The position numbers and the translations under genes are program-made. Source: Blasia pusilla (taxonomy: Eukaryota). From it: a stretch of 64,000 nt of DNA. The notes under the pieces were generated by a model. The model saw only the letters and a program-made list of their open reading frames with translations. It searched no databases and had not been told where the DNA came from. Where the stretch lies: the NCBI GenBank assembly GCA_050084515.1, contig CM114271.1:49042001-49106000 (forward strand), read 5' to 3'. Below are positions 14,250 to 26,588 of the stretch, in pieces (position 1 is the first letter of the stretch; every line of letters begins with the position of its first letter).

Positions 14250-16805
14250 TGTAATGTACAAGAGGTATAAGAATTGATCTTTTTACAGTAATTTAGCGGT
14301 CTGATCCCCAAGAGGATCATGATTATGTGGAAAGAGAGGTGAAGATGTCGTTTATCTTGTAATAGTTGTTATTAAGTGTATATAATTCAGATTCAATGAC
14401 TTATCAATGTCTTTATATCTCTCTGAGTACCAAGATTTCTTTCCTCTATTCTCTCAAGTGGAGTTGAAATCACGCTGTCGTATAGTAAAATCAACCATTA
14501 AGTGTAAACTCCTTCGTCATTAAGTGTTAGATAGAGTTTCATACGTATTAAATAAATTGGCTTAGAAAAAGGAGATTCTTATGTTTAAACCTCTTTATGG
14601 TGCCTCTTTTATGCGGGCCCAACTTTAGGAAAAGGAGGTAATAAATAAAAGATGACTTTATAAAAGTAAAGTAGTTGCTTTAATGAAAAGCAAAAGTAGT
14701 CTTGGTTGGTGGCTAGGTTAGTTGGGGTAATTTGAAAAATATCATGTGGGTAAAAGAGGATATTTTGGAAGAGATAAGAGGAAATCTACTTGTGTCAAAA
14801 TGTGATTGGCTAAGCCTTGGGAGGAAGCCATGTGGCACAAGATAAGATAAGCTCTATTTCGTACTCTTGTGGATCCCTTGTGGGTATATAAAGAGGAGGG
14901 ACCTTCAAGGGTTCATCACCTTCTATTCCACATCTTGAGTCTCTCGTGTCTCTCTTGAGTGTATGGCTTTGGGATTGCTTGCTCTTCCAATGAGAGTGGA
15001 TCACCCCTCTTGGGAGAGTAACTTGATCATGGTCTATTCTTCGAGAGGTTTCTAGAGTGTGGTGTGTGTGTGTGGGGGGATGAGAGGTTTGTCACCAGAG
15101 AGGAGTTTAGTCATACTAAAATAGCGGATGTTTTGGCTTGTTACTTTCCCAATGAGAGTGGATTACCCCTCTTGGGAGAATAACTCCGCCAAAACCCATT
15201 CTTGAGGAGAGTAGAGAATGTCCATCAAGCATGGATAGGGGTGGAGCAATTTAGTGTGCCCGACTTTCCTTTCCTCAATCCTTACCATGTCAAGGTACTC
15301 TTTGTAGATAGGCACTGGTTCACTCGCTATTTAGTTTATCACTTTGGGGAGGCGTTCATGAACCAGGTCATGCAATCTCCAAATCCGATGATTCTTCCTA
15401 TCGTTACATATGGAAGGACATGGGATTGTATTTGTATGTCCTTATATAGCGATCCATGGATGTCAATAGGCCTGGTCAAGTAGGGTTTAACACTAGTTGT
15501 GCTATCTTCCTCGTGTACAAACGTAAAATAGTTTATAGGGATTTTATAGTTAGGAATTTCGGGGTCCGATGTTACGAAGAAGTGATCGCCTCGGCACTTC
15601 CATTTGTGATACCTATCGTGAGAGAATGGAGAGTGTACATCATAATTTTGTAGTGAAAAAGGAGAACTTATTAGAGATTTCACCTTGCATCGACCGCATC
15701 TACCGCAGCTAGAAGGCCCGCCCTTGCTCGAAGAAAGATTCTCGACACGACAACGCTGAGGTAGATCTTCACTCAACATTAAAGAACCTCACAGAGATCT
15801 CAACAAAAAGTTGGCTTCTCCTACTTTCGGAACTCAATCCGTCTAGGCAGGCTACTCTCTGTCAAACAGATGTCTTACAACTCCGTGTTGATTATTCTAT
15901 TGATGAAAAGGTTCTCCTGATTCAATCTTCACATTGTAGACCCAATGAGAATACTCAAACATATACATCGTACATCAGAATGAAGAAATGAGTACTTTAC
16001 TACTCCATCAAGAATGAGAAAGCTTCAAAAGTGTAAACAAGTGTGAGAGGATACTACTCTCTTGCTCGGACCATTCTTACAGCATAAGGACTTCGTAAAA
16101 GAATGATGAGGATAGCTACTTTCATGCCTCTTAAATATTCTCCGAAATAGGAGTGGTTCTAAGGATTCGAAGCGTTCTTGAGGAATATGGTGTCTCTTCA
16201 AAATTTGTAACTACCTAGATCTATGGTGCTCTTTTCTTTTCCTATGATCCCTGAGCGTAACTATACTAACTTCCTATTTGATACAAAAAGTGGCGCCTCT
16301 TCCTAGTCTAACTGTTCTAACGGTGTGCCGCTTGAAATCAATTCGATTGTTAGCTTCGTTTCGATGTGAAGTCTGGACCTCTTTTGCTTCCTTTGAGGAC
16401 GAAGCTCTTCCTCTTGATCTGAAGACAAAGCGCTCCATTCTTCACTTTTATTCCAGGGGCTTCGTTCTTCATGCTTCGATAAAGAGCAAAGTACTTCTTG
16501 TTCTTCTTCTTCATCATGCTTCGTTCAAGAGCGAAGCACTTTATAAACAAGTTCTTAATAAGGCTTCGTTGTCTTTTCCAAGCTTTGCTCTTAGTCTTTA
16601 GACTTCCTTACTCCATTTCCATCTCCTCTAAGGAAAATCCTTGATTTTTCACCTCTCTGCCTTTTCCTAGGAGCTTCATGATTTCTTTCATTATTACTCA
16701 TTCTTCTACTACACAAACATAATATCCAAAATCATTATGTATACACAAGTTTTCTTCGAATAAAAAGTTCTAAATCTTTAAAAGTACAAAATTGCGGGTA
16801 TCATA
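14250..16805 (-). repeat. 3' LTR of family C (about 1.28 kb plus an inserted solo LTR B)
   Basis: Bounded by the element terminus and the polypurine tract. Its right end matches 26580-26673. Confidence 0.85.
14476..15752 (+). mobile_element. Solo LTR, family B (copy B1)
   Basis: TGTCGTATAG...CACGACA, flanked by 4-bp TSD ACGC (14472-14475, 15753-15756). Highly similar to 23633-24912 and to 41199-41467 plus 44773-45768. Confidence 0.9.
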
Positions 16806-16806
16806 T

Positions 16807-16818
16807 ACCCCCTTCCTC
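16807..16818 (-). promoter_or_regulatory. Polypurine tract of family C element
   Basis: Minus strand GAGGAAGGGGGT directly before the 3' LTR. Confidence 0.8.
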
Positions 16819-16973
16819 AAATGTGAGCCGCCCCGGCGAACACTTCATGCTGCACCTTCTAAATTCATAAAAGTATCGTCTAAACTATCCAACTCAGTTG
16901 TAGGTGGAAAATGACCATGAATAGTGGAAGGTTTATTAGCAATATTGGGGGTGTGATTCCGCATCTTCTCTCA

Positions 16974-18697
16974 CTATTTGATAATAACTAACAAAGTTCC
17001 TAACACTTCGTTCTCGACTAATATATTTGATGGATTAAACAGAGGAAGTTCTTCAAGATTGATCGTGATGTTGGGTACGACTTCCGAGAGAGACTTCGTA
17101 TGATTGTCGAACTGGCATTTCCAATTTTTGTTGACATAATCGATCTCCTCGCTCATCTGTTGTTCGAAGCTCTTGGCTGCTTCCTTGATAAACTCCTTGA
17201 CATCTTCAGGGTCTAACAGCACTTCGTTGAGCAGCTTCTGCTCCGCCTCCAAGACAGCGATCCTACCGGTGGCTTCTGACCATTGTGCCACTAAGTCCTT
17301 GTTAGTTTCTTGTTGTTCTTGAAGTAACTTCAAAGCTTGAGCGTTCTGTGTCGCTACTTTCTTGAACTTGTGGCTGATAAGATGCATTTGTTGTCGGTAT
17401 TGTTGAATCAACTGCAAAGCTTCCTTGACTTGCGAAGCCAACTCATCAGCCCCACACTCCATGTTGATCGCTAAGCTTTCCCATTGGCGTGCATTCCGCG
17501 ATTCATATTGAGCGTGGATGAAATCGCTTTGAGCTTTACGAAGCGCCATCTTAGTGTCTTCGACTTCTTGATTTTGAAGCTCAAGGTTTATCTCTGCTAC
17601 CTTGCGCTGTGCTTCGTTCTCTGATGAAGCTTGCGCCCTACAGATGATGTCATCGAGCGCTTGTAAATATTGGTCCACACCTACTGTGTTGTCAAGGTGG
17701 AGTACTTGCTGTAATTGGTTCATGATAGGAACTGCCAGATTCATAAACCACACCATGTGGTTTGCGGTTTGTGTCATGCAACGAAGAGTAGGGATCTCTT
17801 TGCTAGAGCGAGGCGTCTCCTCGGAGTCTTCCTGCGGTGCTGGCTCTATTTCGGAGGGGATCTCGAAATATACTCTTCCTCGCTTTGGTCTTGGCAGTTC
17901 GGTTGGCCCCTCGTCTTTGCCTCAAGCCAAAGTATGTGGGTGTTGTCTCGGGGCTGCTTCGTGCATCGGGGTGACTTCGCAGCTTCTGGTGGACCCCTTT
18001 TCGCTCTTTCTTGGTAAGCGTACGGGAGTGAATTGCGACCAATCCAGCGCCTCATCGGCCGTCAATTCCTACTTATGAATGTACAAATGGATTAAAAAAG
18101 GAGATAGGAATGACTTCGCACTTGGATGAAGCGCTTCGAGCATTGCACGTACGGCCCATCCACGAATGAAGCGAAGTCGACTCCCGGTGCTTCGGGGTCT
18201 AGGTGCTGTTTCCAGAGGATGTAGCACATCTTAACGAGCTTATTCATCAAGTAGTAAGAACGAGCAGGATAAAACAAAGTCATTAAGTGCTTGCAAAATT
18301 GTCCAAACAAGGGCGGGGACAACGAAGTAGCTTTGTTGCCATTCCTGTCGAGGCGCTCGGATATCACACAGTCGAGTGCCAATAAATCTTCGTGCTTTAC
18401 CATCAATTTGGTGTCATACTCGTACTCCGGAGCGGCCGGGAGAATATAAGTTGTTCACCAATCATCCGGCGTCCACTATTGGGGCTGAGCGCGATACCGA
18501 AGACCCCTTCTCTGGAACTTGGTTGCTGCAGTCAAGAAGCGAAGCTCTCCGAGTAGTTCTCCTGACGTAAAGGTCCAATTAGCTTGAAAAAAGGTCTCCA
18601 TCGATCGCTCCTCGAGTGCTTCGACTAATTCCGGTGACAGCTTTATCAAAGGCATAGCCGCACTTTGTAAGATGGGCGTAGAGTCATCATAAGTCAT
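16974..18697 (-). pseudogene. Additional ORF downstream of pol in family C (globular N-terminus, low-complexity linker, coiled-coil C-terminus), frameshifted
   Basis: ORFs 18476-18697, 18092-18406 and 16974-17777 (267 aa, Q/E/A/L heptad-rich) lie between integrase and the PPT on the sense strand. Confidence 0.6.
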
Positions 18698-18951
18698 GGC
18701 GGTAAATCTATCTCAATGTGCTCCGCGCTTCGGTCGGCTACGCAGCTTTGTGGTGACTCCATCCATGAAACTAACCGTCTGGTTAATCAAGGGGCGGTTG
18801 TATAGTCAAGGCACTATGTTGTTTCTTGGTCGTGACTGTTACAATCCAGACGCATCACTCAGGGTCGGCGCTTTGCCGAAGCCTCAATACCTCTGCGCTT
18901 CGTGCTTTGCATAAGTACGAAGCAGTCTCCCAACTCCCCTTCCTCCCGCTT

Positions 18952-21900
18952 TTAGTCCGGGTAGGGTTGCGGCTCATGATACCTTCGAACATGCATTCCA
19001 TTGACACAAGTTGGGAGTGCTTCTCCCTGTAAGCTCCCCAACTGTAGTGATCCATTTTCATATATTTCTAACACATGGTAGGGTCCCATCCAATTCAATT
19101 TTAACTTCCCGGGGAACTTTATCCGACGGTTATCATACAACACGAGGTCCCCGACGCTTATAGATTGCGGACGTAGATGTCGGTCATACCATTTTTTTCT
19201 TTCATCTTGTACACGTTTGGTCTCGCGTAGAGCCAAGATGCAAGCTTCCTCCAATGCTATTAAGGTCTCATTCCTTCCCTAGAGAACTTTGGCGACGTCC
19301 TCCGTTCTATTTCCCTCCAACACGCGATAAGTGGGCAGAGCCCATTCAATAGGTGTCAAGGGTTGAATTCCATAAGTCAGGTACAACGGGGTATACTTTG
19401 TAGTAACCTTCTCGGCTGTCCGATAGGCCCATAATGCGGCTGCAATTTTCATGTCCCAATCATAGGAATATGTAACCGTCAATCAATTCAATATCCGGCA
19501 GATTAGTCCGTTGGATTTTTCAGTTAACCCGTTGGCTTTAGGGTTGTAGGGCGTCGTCTTCCGATGCTTAATTAGGAAGTGGGACGTTAGAGACTCAATA
19601 GTCTGGTTCAGAAAATGGGTGCCATGATCATTGACTAATTCCAACGGGTAGCCATACCGGGTGATAATCATTTCGTACAAAAATTTGGCCCCCTCCTCAC
19701 TATCATCTTTGCGCGTGGCCACCGCCTCCACCATCTTGGTACAATAGTCGATAGCTATCAAAATATATTTTCACCTCGTTTGGCGGGTGGCGGATGAAAT
19801 AGGTCCCACAAAGTCAATCCCCCATTTTTCAAAAGGAGCTAGGGGCATGATTGGTATCAAAGGCCACCGCAATGTAGCCGTTGGTAGACCCGCTCTCTAA
19901 CATGCATTACAACTCTGAATAAAGTGATCTAAAAGATTTTCTTGACAATATTTTTAACAGCCTAGTGTGCCCCGGAATCGGCCGCATGCATGGCTCGGAT
20001 GACCTAGGGAATTTCAAGAAGCTTCAAGCATCGCCGGTGGATACTCTTATCAAAGCAATTTGAATAGTACTCCCTGACACAACTCATAGGGTCCCATTTT
20101 ATGTAAAAAGATTGCTCATTCCTTTGCTATCATAGGGGCTGGAAGTTGTAGGGTAACCAAGAAACAAAAAATATTTTCATAGAGGGATTGGCTCAATCGG
20201 TCCTCAGTGATTTGGAACAGGTCCTCATCGGGAAAGGTGTCGTCCACGGACTGTGTGAGATCTGCGTTTGTCATCCGCAACCCGGAGAGAAAACTCCCAA
20301 CGGTTTGTATGGACCCTTGGATTACTTAGGAATGACATCAAATGTAAATTCCTGGAGTCTGGCAGGATCCATCGCGTTAATGCAACTCGGGAAAGGTCCG
20401 CCTTGAGTGATCATTGAGTGCAAAATGGTCTACATGAAAGACAAACTCATACCCTAATAAATGATGACGGAACTTTTTGCAAGAGTCTTAAGACCATTCC
20501 CAACGCCTCCCCTTCGGTAGTGGTGTCTTTTTTATGAGTCAAGATAGCAAACTGCATCTTGAGTCGTGTTTGTTATCATCAAGTTGGCTGAGCACCACTC
20601 CAATGGCAAATGACGATGTGTCCACATATACGTGGAATGGTTTTGCCCAGGTGGGAGACCAAAGCACGGGAGCCGTTCGCAATGCTTCCTCTAATGCTTC
20701 AAATGCTGCTTGGTAGGGTGGGGTCCACTCCCATTTGGTGGCCTTCTTAGTAACAAGTCGGTTAGGGATCTTGATTTTCTCCAACATAATCCTTTATAAA
20801 CTTATTTTTGAGTAATATCCGATGTGCCCTAGGAACCCTCTGGATGAAATGACAAGATTTGTGGGTGGTTCCAATGCGTGATAATATCCATTTTGGCCTT
20901 ATCCTTCAATTCCTTGGGGATGAGGAAGTGTCCCAACAAAATCCCTTGTTTCATGGCAATATATGATTTTTCAGGATGAAGGGATAAATGCACTTCACGA
21001 CAACGAGCAAGGGTTAATTCTAATTTTTGCAAGTGTTCGGCTTCTGTACTGAAGATACAAAAGTCATCGAGGAAAATTTTGACAAACTTTCGCAAATACT
21101 CTTGGAAGATGGAAATCATCATCCGTTGGAAGGTGGCGTTTCATTGCACAAAAATTTTGGATAAAGGTACCCCACCATCCGTGGTGAAGGTTGTGATGGG
21201 CCGATCTTTCTCTCTAATGGATACCCATTAGAAAGAGTACCCATCCAAAAGGTATAATGGTGGGGTACCTTGGCGACTTTGTCCAAAATTTTTCAATGAA
21301 AGGAAGGGGATGATGGTCCTTCAAAGTGGCCGAATTCAATTTCGGATAATCTTGGTAGACTCTGATTTTTCCTGTTGCTTTTTGGGTACAATCACAATGG
21401 GCGACACCCACTCGCTGCTTAACAAGGGATAAATTATTCCGGCTTCGAGACGCTGGTCAATTTTGTTTGTGACTAACAATGAGTATTTTCGGTTTGGGAA
21501 CCGCTGCCATCCAAGGAATTCGGACCGATAAGGCCAACCTTCTTTATATCAATCCAGTGTTCACCATACCGTGATGGAATTCTTGTCATTTCATCCATGG
21601 AGTACGCAAATACATCCAAATACTCAAAAAATAAGTTTTTATACTTAATGAGATTTGTTGGAGACAACAAATCGAGATTTGAAGCATTAGAGACTTGCGA
21701 ACGACTTGTAATTAAGACTCCCACTGGACGCAAAAGTCTTTTCTTGAACCATATTTTTCGTGGAATCGTCATTGCCATTGGAATGTGCTATGACCTAGCT
21801 TCTCTTCCTCTCGGGCCGACCTCTGTTTGCTAGGTGCCGACTCTTCATCTATTTCATAGCATTCTAAAAAATATACGTTAGAAGAGGACTTAGGAGTTTG

Positions 21901-22330
21901 CTCTTGTCCGATGTTAGCCATCATTTATTAGGGTATGGCGTTTTCTCCTTGAGGTGGTCATGATTTCCACGATAGCTCGATGAGTCATTTCAGGGCCTGA
22001 TCCGGAGCGTGGAACGTAAACCGTCTTCTTTTCCAGTCAATGATCACTCTTGCACCGTAAAGCCAGGGTCTTCCAATAACCAAGGGATAGCCAGAGGCCG
22101 TTAAGGGCTGCAACACTAAGTAATCCAATAGAAATAGCACCCCCAACATCGAGGACTTGTGAATTGTCCGAGGGTCCTCTATGAAAATATTTTTTGTTTC
22201 TTGGCGAACCCAGTACTTGTTGGTGGCGGGCTCTACGTGTATCAAAGGGCTTGATTTTGTGCTATCATAATATTGATGGCACTCCCCGAGTCAGTGGGGA
22301 ATTTCTTAATGGTGTGCCCGTCAATCTCGA
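18952..22330 (-). pseudogene. pol of family C (protease, RT, RNase H, integrase), heavily frameshifted
   Basis: YPLVIGRPWL (protease); KIFLDDFCIF (RT); PFHVYVDTSSFAIGVVL (RNase H); AIDYCTK...VNDHGTHF...TTPYNPKANGLTE (integrase core); GKLKLNWMGPY (GPY/F). Confidence 0.92.
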
Positions 22331-22867
22331 CTTTGACTTTCGGGGCTCCCAAATCTTCTACTTCAATGCGGAATAAGTCCACCACCGGCGGACGATTGAC
22401 GGCTTCTTGGTAAAAATTTTCAAGAAAATCTTTTAGATGGGACTTTTACCGTTAACCGGTTATCCATTAGAGCTTGGGTAGTAAGGTGATATTTTTGGGG
22501 TTGATGCCAAATCCCCAGTAAGTCTAGGCCTCTAAAACCATGGGGAAAGTGACTTTGTGGGAGCGCTATTTTCCGCCTTTTAGGTCTTTGAAGATGGTTT
22601 TGATCCCGTTCTTGGTGTCGATCCAAGATGGTGGACCTGGTCCCAAACCTATTCCTTGACGTCGATGGAAGTTTTGGGATGATTATCACCCGGTCAAATG
22701 GTCAAAATCTCCTTTGAGAATGGCTTTTGATCATGCGGAAGGTATCATTGCCTTTGGTCTTCTTGGGTCTTAACGCCCCACTTTCCTAATTAAGATGAAG
22801 CGCCTATCCGGGTCTTGGTTTTCCTCCGGTGCAGGTTTGGACCTCATGGTGACCTAAAGAGCCTTGT

Positions 22868-25845
22868 TCATGATTGAATTGATTGGAGTCTTACATATTC
22901 CCGATTCCCATCGGCCTCCTCTTCCTCGATGGTAACTCGCCTTGCTTTAGGAGATACCAACTCCTCCACTCGGACGAGCTGAACATTTACTTCATTTTTG
23001 GACTCTGTTGGTGCCGTTGGGGTAGTTACATACTTGACCAACAATCGCAAAACCTTGGGCTCCGGGAAGTCCACGGCAGTGTGCCCGCCTTTCTTACAAT
23101 TCCCGCACAACGGATAGAGTCCTACGGGTCTCTTGGTGTTTGGGCAATTGTTGGCCCAATGGTCGGCCGTCCCGTAGTTATAAGTGTAGTTCCTTTTTAT
23201 TGGCGGCGTGAAGGTCGCCACACCCATAATCTGTCTTAGGGGTCGCTACTCCCCGTACTACGGGGGTACATATCTTGGGATCCAACTTTGTCCTGAATTA
23301 GGGGTTGGCATGGCTTGGATTGCATAACATCCTTCCCATTGGTCGGCTTCATACCACCCCTCTTTTGCCGTTGGTTCTTCCTGGATCCCACGTAAATCTC
23401 TCTGAATGTGACATTCTTGAGCAATATGCCCTTGGGTTCCGTAGGCACTGCACCACACGCTGGGTCTCACCAAACCTGGTCTAGTACTTTCAACTCCGCC
23501 ATTTTTTTACTTAACTCTTCTATGGCAGACTTGCCCGACTTCTTCGATGTCCCTCGTACTGGACTGACAGACCTTCGTGGGCCATGCTTGGTAGGCTTGC
23601 CTTTCCTTCCTTGCTTGGGAGTGCAGTAGCGTTGTCGTGTCGAGAGCCTTTCTTCGAGTAAGGGCAGGTCTTCTAACTACGGAAAACGCGGTCGATGCAA
23701 GCCGAACTCTCTAAGAAGTTCTCCTTTTTCAATACAAGATTATTATGTATACTCTCCATTCTCTTACGAAAGGTATTACAAATGGAAGTGCCAAGGCAAT
23801 CACTTTTTCGTAACATCGGACCCCGAAATTCCTAACTATAAAATCCATATAAACTACTTTTACACTTGTACACGAGGAAGATAGCACAACTAGTGTTAAA
23901 CCCTACTTGAGCAGGCCTATTGACGTTCATGGATCGCTATATAAGGACATACAAAGTACAATCCCATATCCTTCTATATGTGACGATAGGAAGGATCACC
24001 GGAGTTGGAGATTGAATGACCTGGTTCATAAACGCCTCCCAAAGTGATAAACCAAATAACGAGTGAACCCATGCCTATCTACAAAGAATATCTTGACATG
24101 GTATGGATTGAGGAAAGGAAAGTCGGGCACAACTCGTGCTCCACCCCTATCCATGTTTGATAGACATTCTCTACTCTCCTCAAGAATAGGTTTTGCCGGA
24201 GTTATTCTCCCAAGAGGGGTAATCCACTCTCATTGGGGAAGTAACAAGCCAAAATATTCACTATTTTAGTATGACTAAACTCCTCTAAGGTGACAAACCT
24301 TTCATCTCGACACACACACACCACACTCTAGAAACCTCTCGAAAAATAGACCATGATCAAGTTACTCTCCCAAGAGGGGTGATCCACTCTCATTGGAAGA
24401 GCAAGCAATCCCAAAGCCATACACTCAAGAGAGACACGAGAGACTCAAGATGTGGAATAGAAGGTGATGAACCCTTGAAGGTCCCTCCTCTTTATATACC
24501 CACAAGGGATCCACAAGAGTATGAAATAGAGCTTATCTTATCTTGTGCCACATGGCTTCCTCCCAAGGCTTAGCCAATCACATTTTGACACAAGTAGATT
24601 TCCTCTTATCTCTTCCAAAATATCCTCTTTTACCCACTTGATATTTTCCAAATTACCTCAACTAACCTAGTCATCAACCAAGCCTACTTTTGCTTTTCAT
24701 TAAAGCATCAACCTCACTACTTTACTTTTATAAAGTCATCTTTTATTTATTATCTATTTTCCTAAAGTTGGGCCCGCATAAAAGAGGCACCATAAAGAGG
24801 TTTAAACACGGGAATTTCCTTTTCCTAAGCTAATTTACTTAATACTAATAAAACTCTATCTAACACTTAACGAGGAAGGAGTTTACACACTGGCTGATTT
24901 TACTAGGCGACAACGTTCGTTGATTCTCTGACTTGCGTCGCCATCACGTATTTTGTTTTGGCCGCCACCATTATCAAAGTTTCGTCATCAACCAATGATG
25001 GCAGATGACCTCTGTTGTGGTGTTTGAGTTTTGATTTTATGTTGCTATGTTGTGATTGGTAGCCTCTCGATGACGATCGTATACCGTGCTGTGATGCTCG
25101 TAGTCGCAACGCGCCGCTGATTGCAGCTTGTGGCCACACCGCACCGCACCGCACCCCGCTGATTTTACTATATGACAGCGTGTACGTCTCTTCCGTTTGG
25201 ATTTCGGGTCCTCTTTGGAGTTTGTGCACTCTGTTGTGCCATCCGTGGAGGCTTGGTGTCTGTAGAGGACGCTTTGTCCTCTGAGGAAGAGCTTGTGTGC
25301 GAAGAGCCTCGCCGTTGATGACGCCGTCTTTGCATTTTTTGGGACTTCTCAAAGGCTTCGTACGCTTCTGCTGATGCAATGACTGCTTCTAGAGAGTCTC
25401 GTTGGCCCCGGCGGCAATACCGGTGCATCTCCTTGGAGAGTCCCAACACAAACCAGTCTACCAATTATGAGGTGGTTGTGTGGTCGAGTTTGTTAACAAG
25501 ACTTCGGAACCTTTGGGTGTATTCCCTCACGGTTTTCTTCTTTTTCCGTTTCAAATCCCGGAGCTTCATCAGAAGCCTGTCCTCGAACTCCAAGTCGCGG
25601 AATTCATGAAGAAAGGCCTCAAGTACCCTCTTCCAGGTTTCAATGACCTCCGCTCGCAGGCCCTCGTACCACTGACTTGCCCACATCTTTAGCAGGACCA
25701 AGAATACTCGTAACAAATCCTCCTCCGAGCCTTCCCCATTAGCCTTAGCTATATGGATAAACTCGAGCACAAAGTTATCGACGTCCTCTCTTCGTCCTCC
25801 CGTGAACGTAGGATATCTTAGCAGCGTCTTTCTAGAGTTAGCCAT
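22868..25845 (-). pseudogene. gag of family C with zinc knuckles, interrupted by the LTR B insertion
   Basis: MANSRKTLLRYPTFTGGRREDVDNF...W..VLEAFLHEF...ETVREY-like; CCHC-type knuckles (NYGTADHWANNC, CGNCKKGGHTAVD). Confidence 0.85.
23633..25177 (-). mobile_element. Composite LTR B insertion (copy B2): full LTR 23633-24912, a 240-bp piece of the DNMT-gypsy 5' region, and a second 20-bp LTR B end
   Basis: 4-bp TSD GCGT at 23629-23632 and 25178-25181. The gag frame rejoins across it. 24913-25150 is the reverse complement of ~44540-44772. Confidence 0.85.
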
Positions 25846-26033
25846 TGGGAAATTTTGGCGGCTAGGTCCCGGACTTGATGTTCGGGAAAGAGGAGGTAGA
25901 GGTTCCGATCTTATCTATCTGGCCGGCCCCTCGTCTCCTTCGTCCCCAAAGGAATTCCAGGTTGACTCTTCGTCCGACTGCGAAGTGGCAAGAGACGTGC
26001 TCGGGATAGCACTCCTGTCCCTCTTCTTGATCT

Positions 26034-26588
26034 TCAGCTTCCTTCGGAGACGAAGCCCGGGAGATACACCCAGCGGTCTCCAAAACAAATGATCTTCGTG
26101 TTGCTTATTGCATCGGTCAACTTGCTGATCCTGAGTGGATGGCTGGGAGACTTCCATGAGTCCCTCTTGGGATTCGCGAGCTTGCTTCCGCACCCACGAT
26201 TGCAACAAGGTATGGGTCCATGAGGAGAAATTGGATCTTCCTCATTCCTACGGGAGTGTGAAGATGCTCTCAATCTACCTGCCAATTTTTCCTCCCATAA
26301 ATAGAAGTATTGGGTCATCACCAAGTACAACTGACGTTCATGGGCAAAGCACCGTTTGGCGACGCGTTCTTTGATAATACTAATTAGTTGTTCTATCTTC
26401 TCTAGCACTAATACAGCAAAAATATTGCTATCTTCTTCTAGCCATTGTCTTAGGGGGATACCTAGAGATAGGAGATGATCTTCTATGAGAACTAGATGGT
26501 TGGGTCTCCTAGGCGACGAGGCTTCTTCCCCCGGCTCAGGGTTACCCATGAATCTCTCTCTCTCCACGAAATCTAATCTAACAAACAT
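26034..26588 (-). CDS. Possible extra ORF upstream of gag in family C (184 aa, unknown function)
   Basis: Open frame between the LTR remnant and gag on the element's sense strand. No recognised domain. Confidence 0.35.
   Translation of the reverse strand: MFVRLDFVERERFMGNPEPGEEASSPRRPNHLVLIEDHLLSLGIPLRQWLEEDSNIFAVLVLEKIEQLISIIKERVAKRCFAHERQLYLVMTQYFYLWEEKLAGRLRASSHSRRNEEDPISPHGPIPCCNRGCGSKLANPKRDSWKSPSHPLRISKLTDAISNTKIICFGDRWVYLPGFVSEGS

Noticed and set aside
14810-15004. Near-identical 64-aa ORF MIHSHWKSKQ... present three times
   Set aside because: It lies within the three LTR B copies, so conservation reflects LTR identity. No domain recognised.
19900-22900. Very dense small indels in family C pol suggesting programmed frameshifting or editing
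   Set aside because: Scattered and without pattern. More likely decay or locally poor consensus quality; needs read-level checking.
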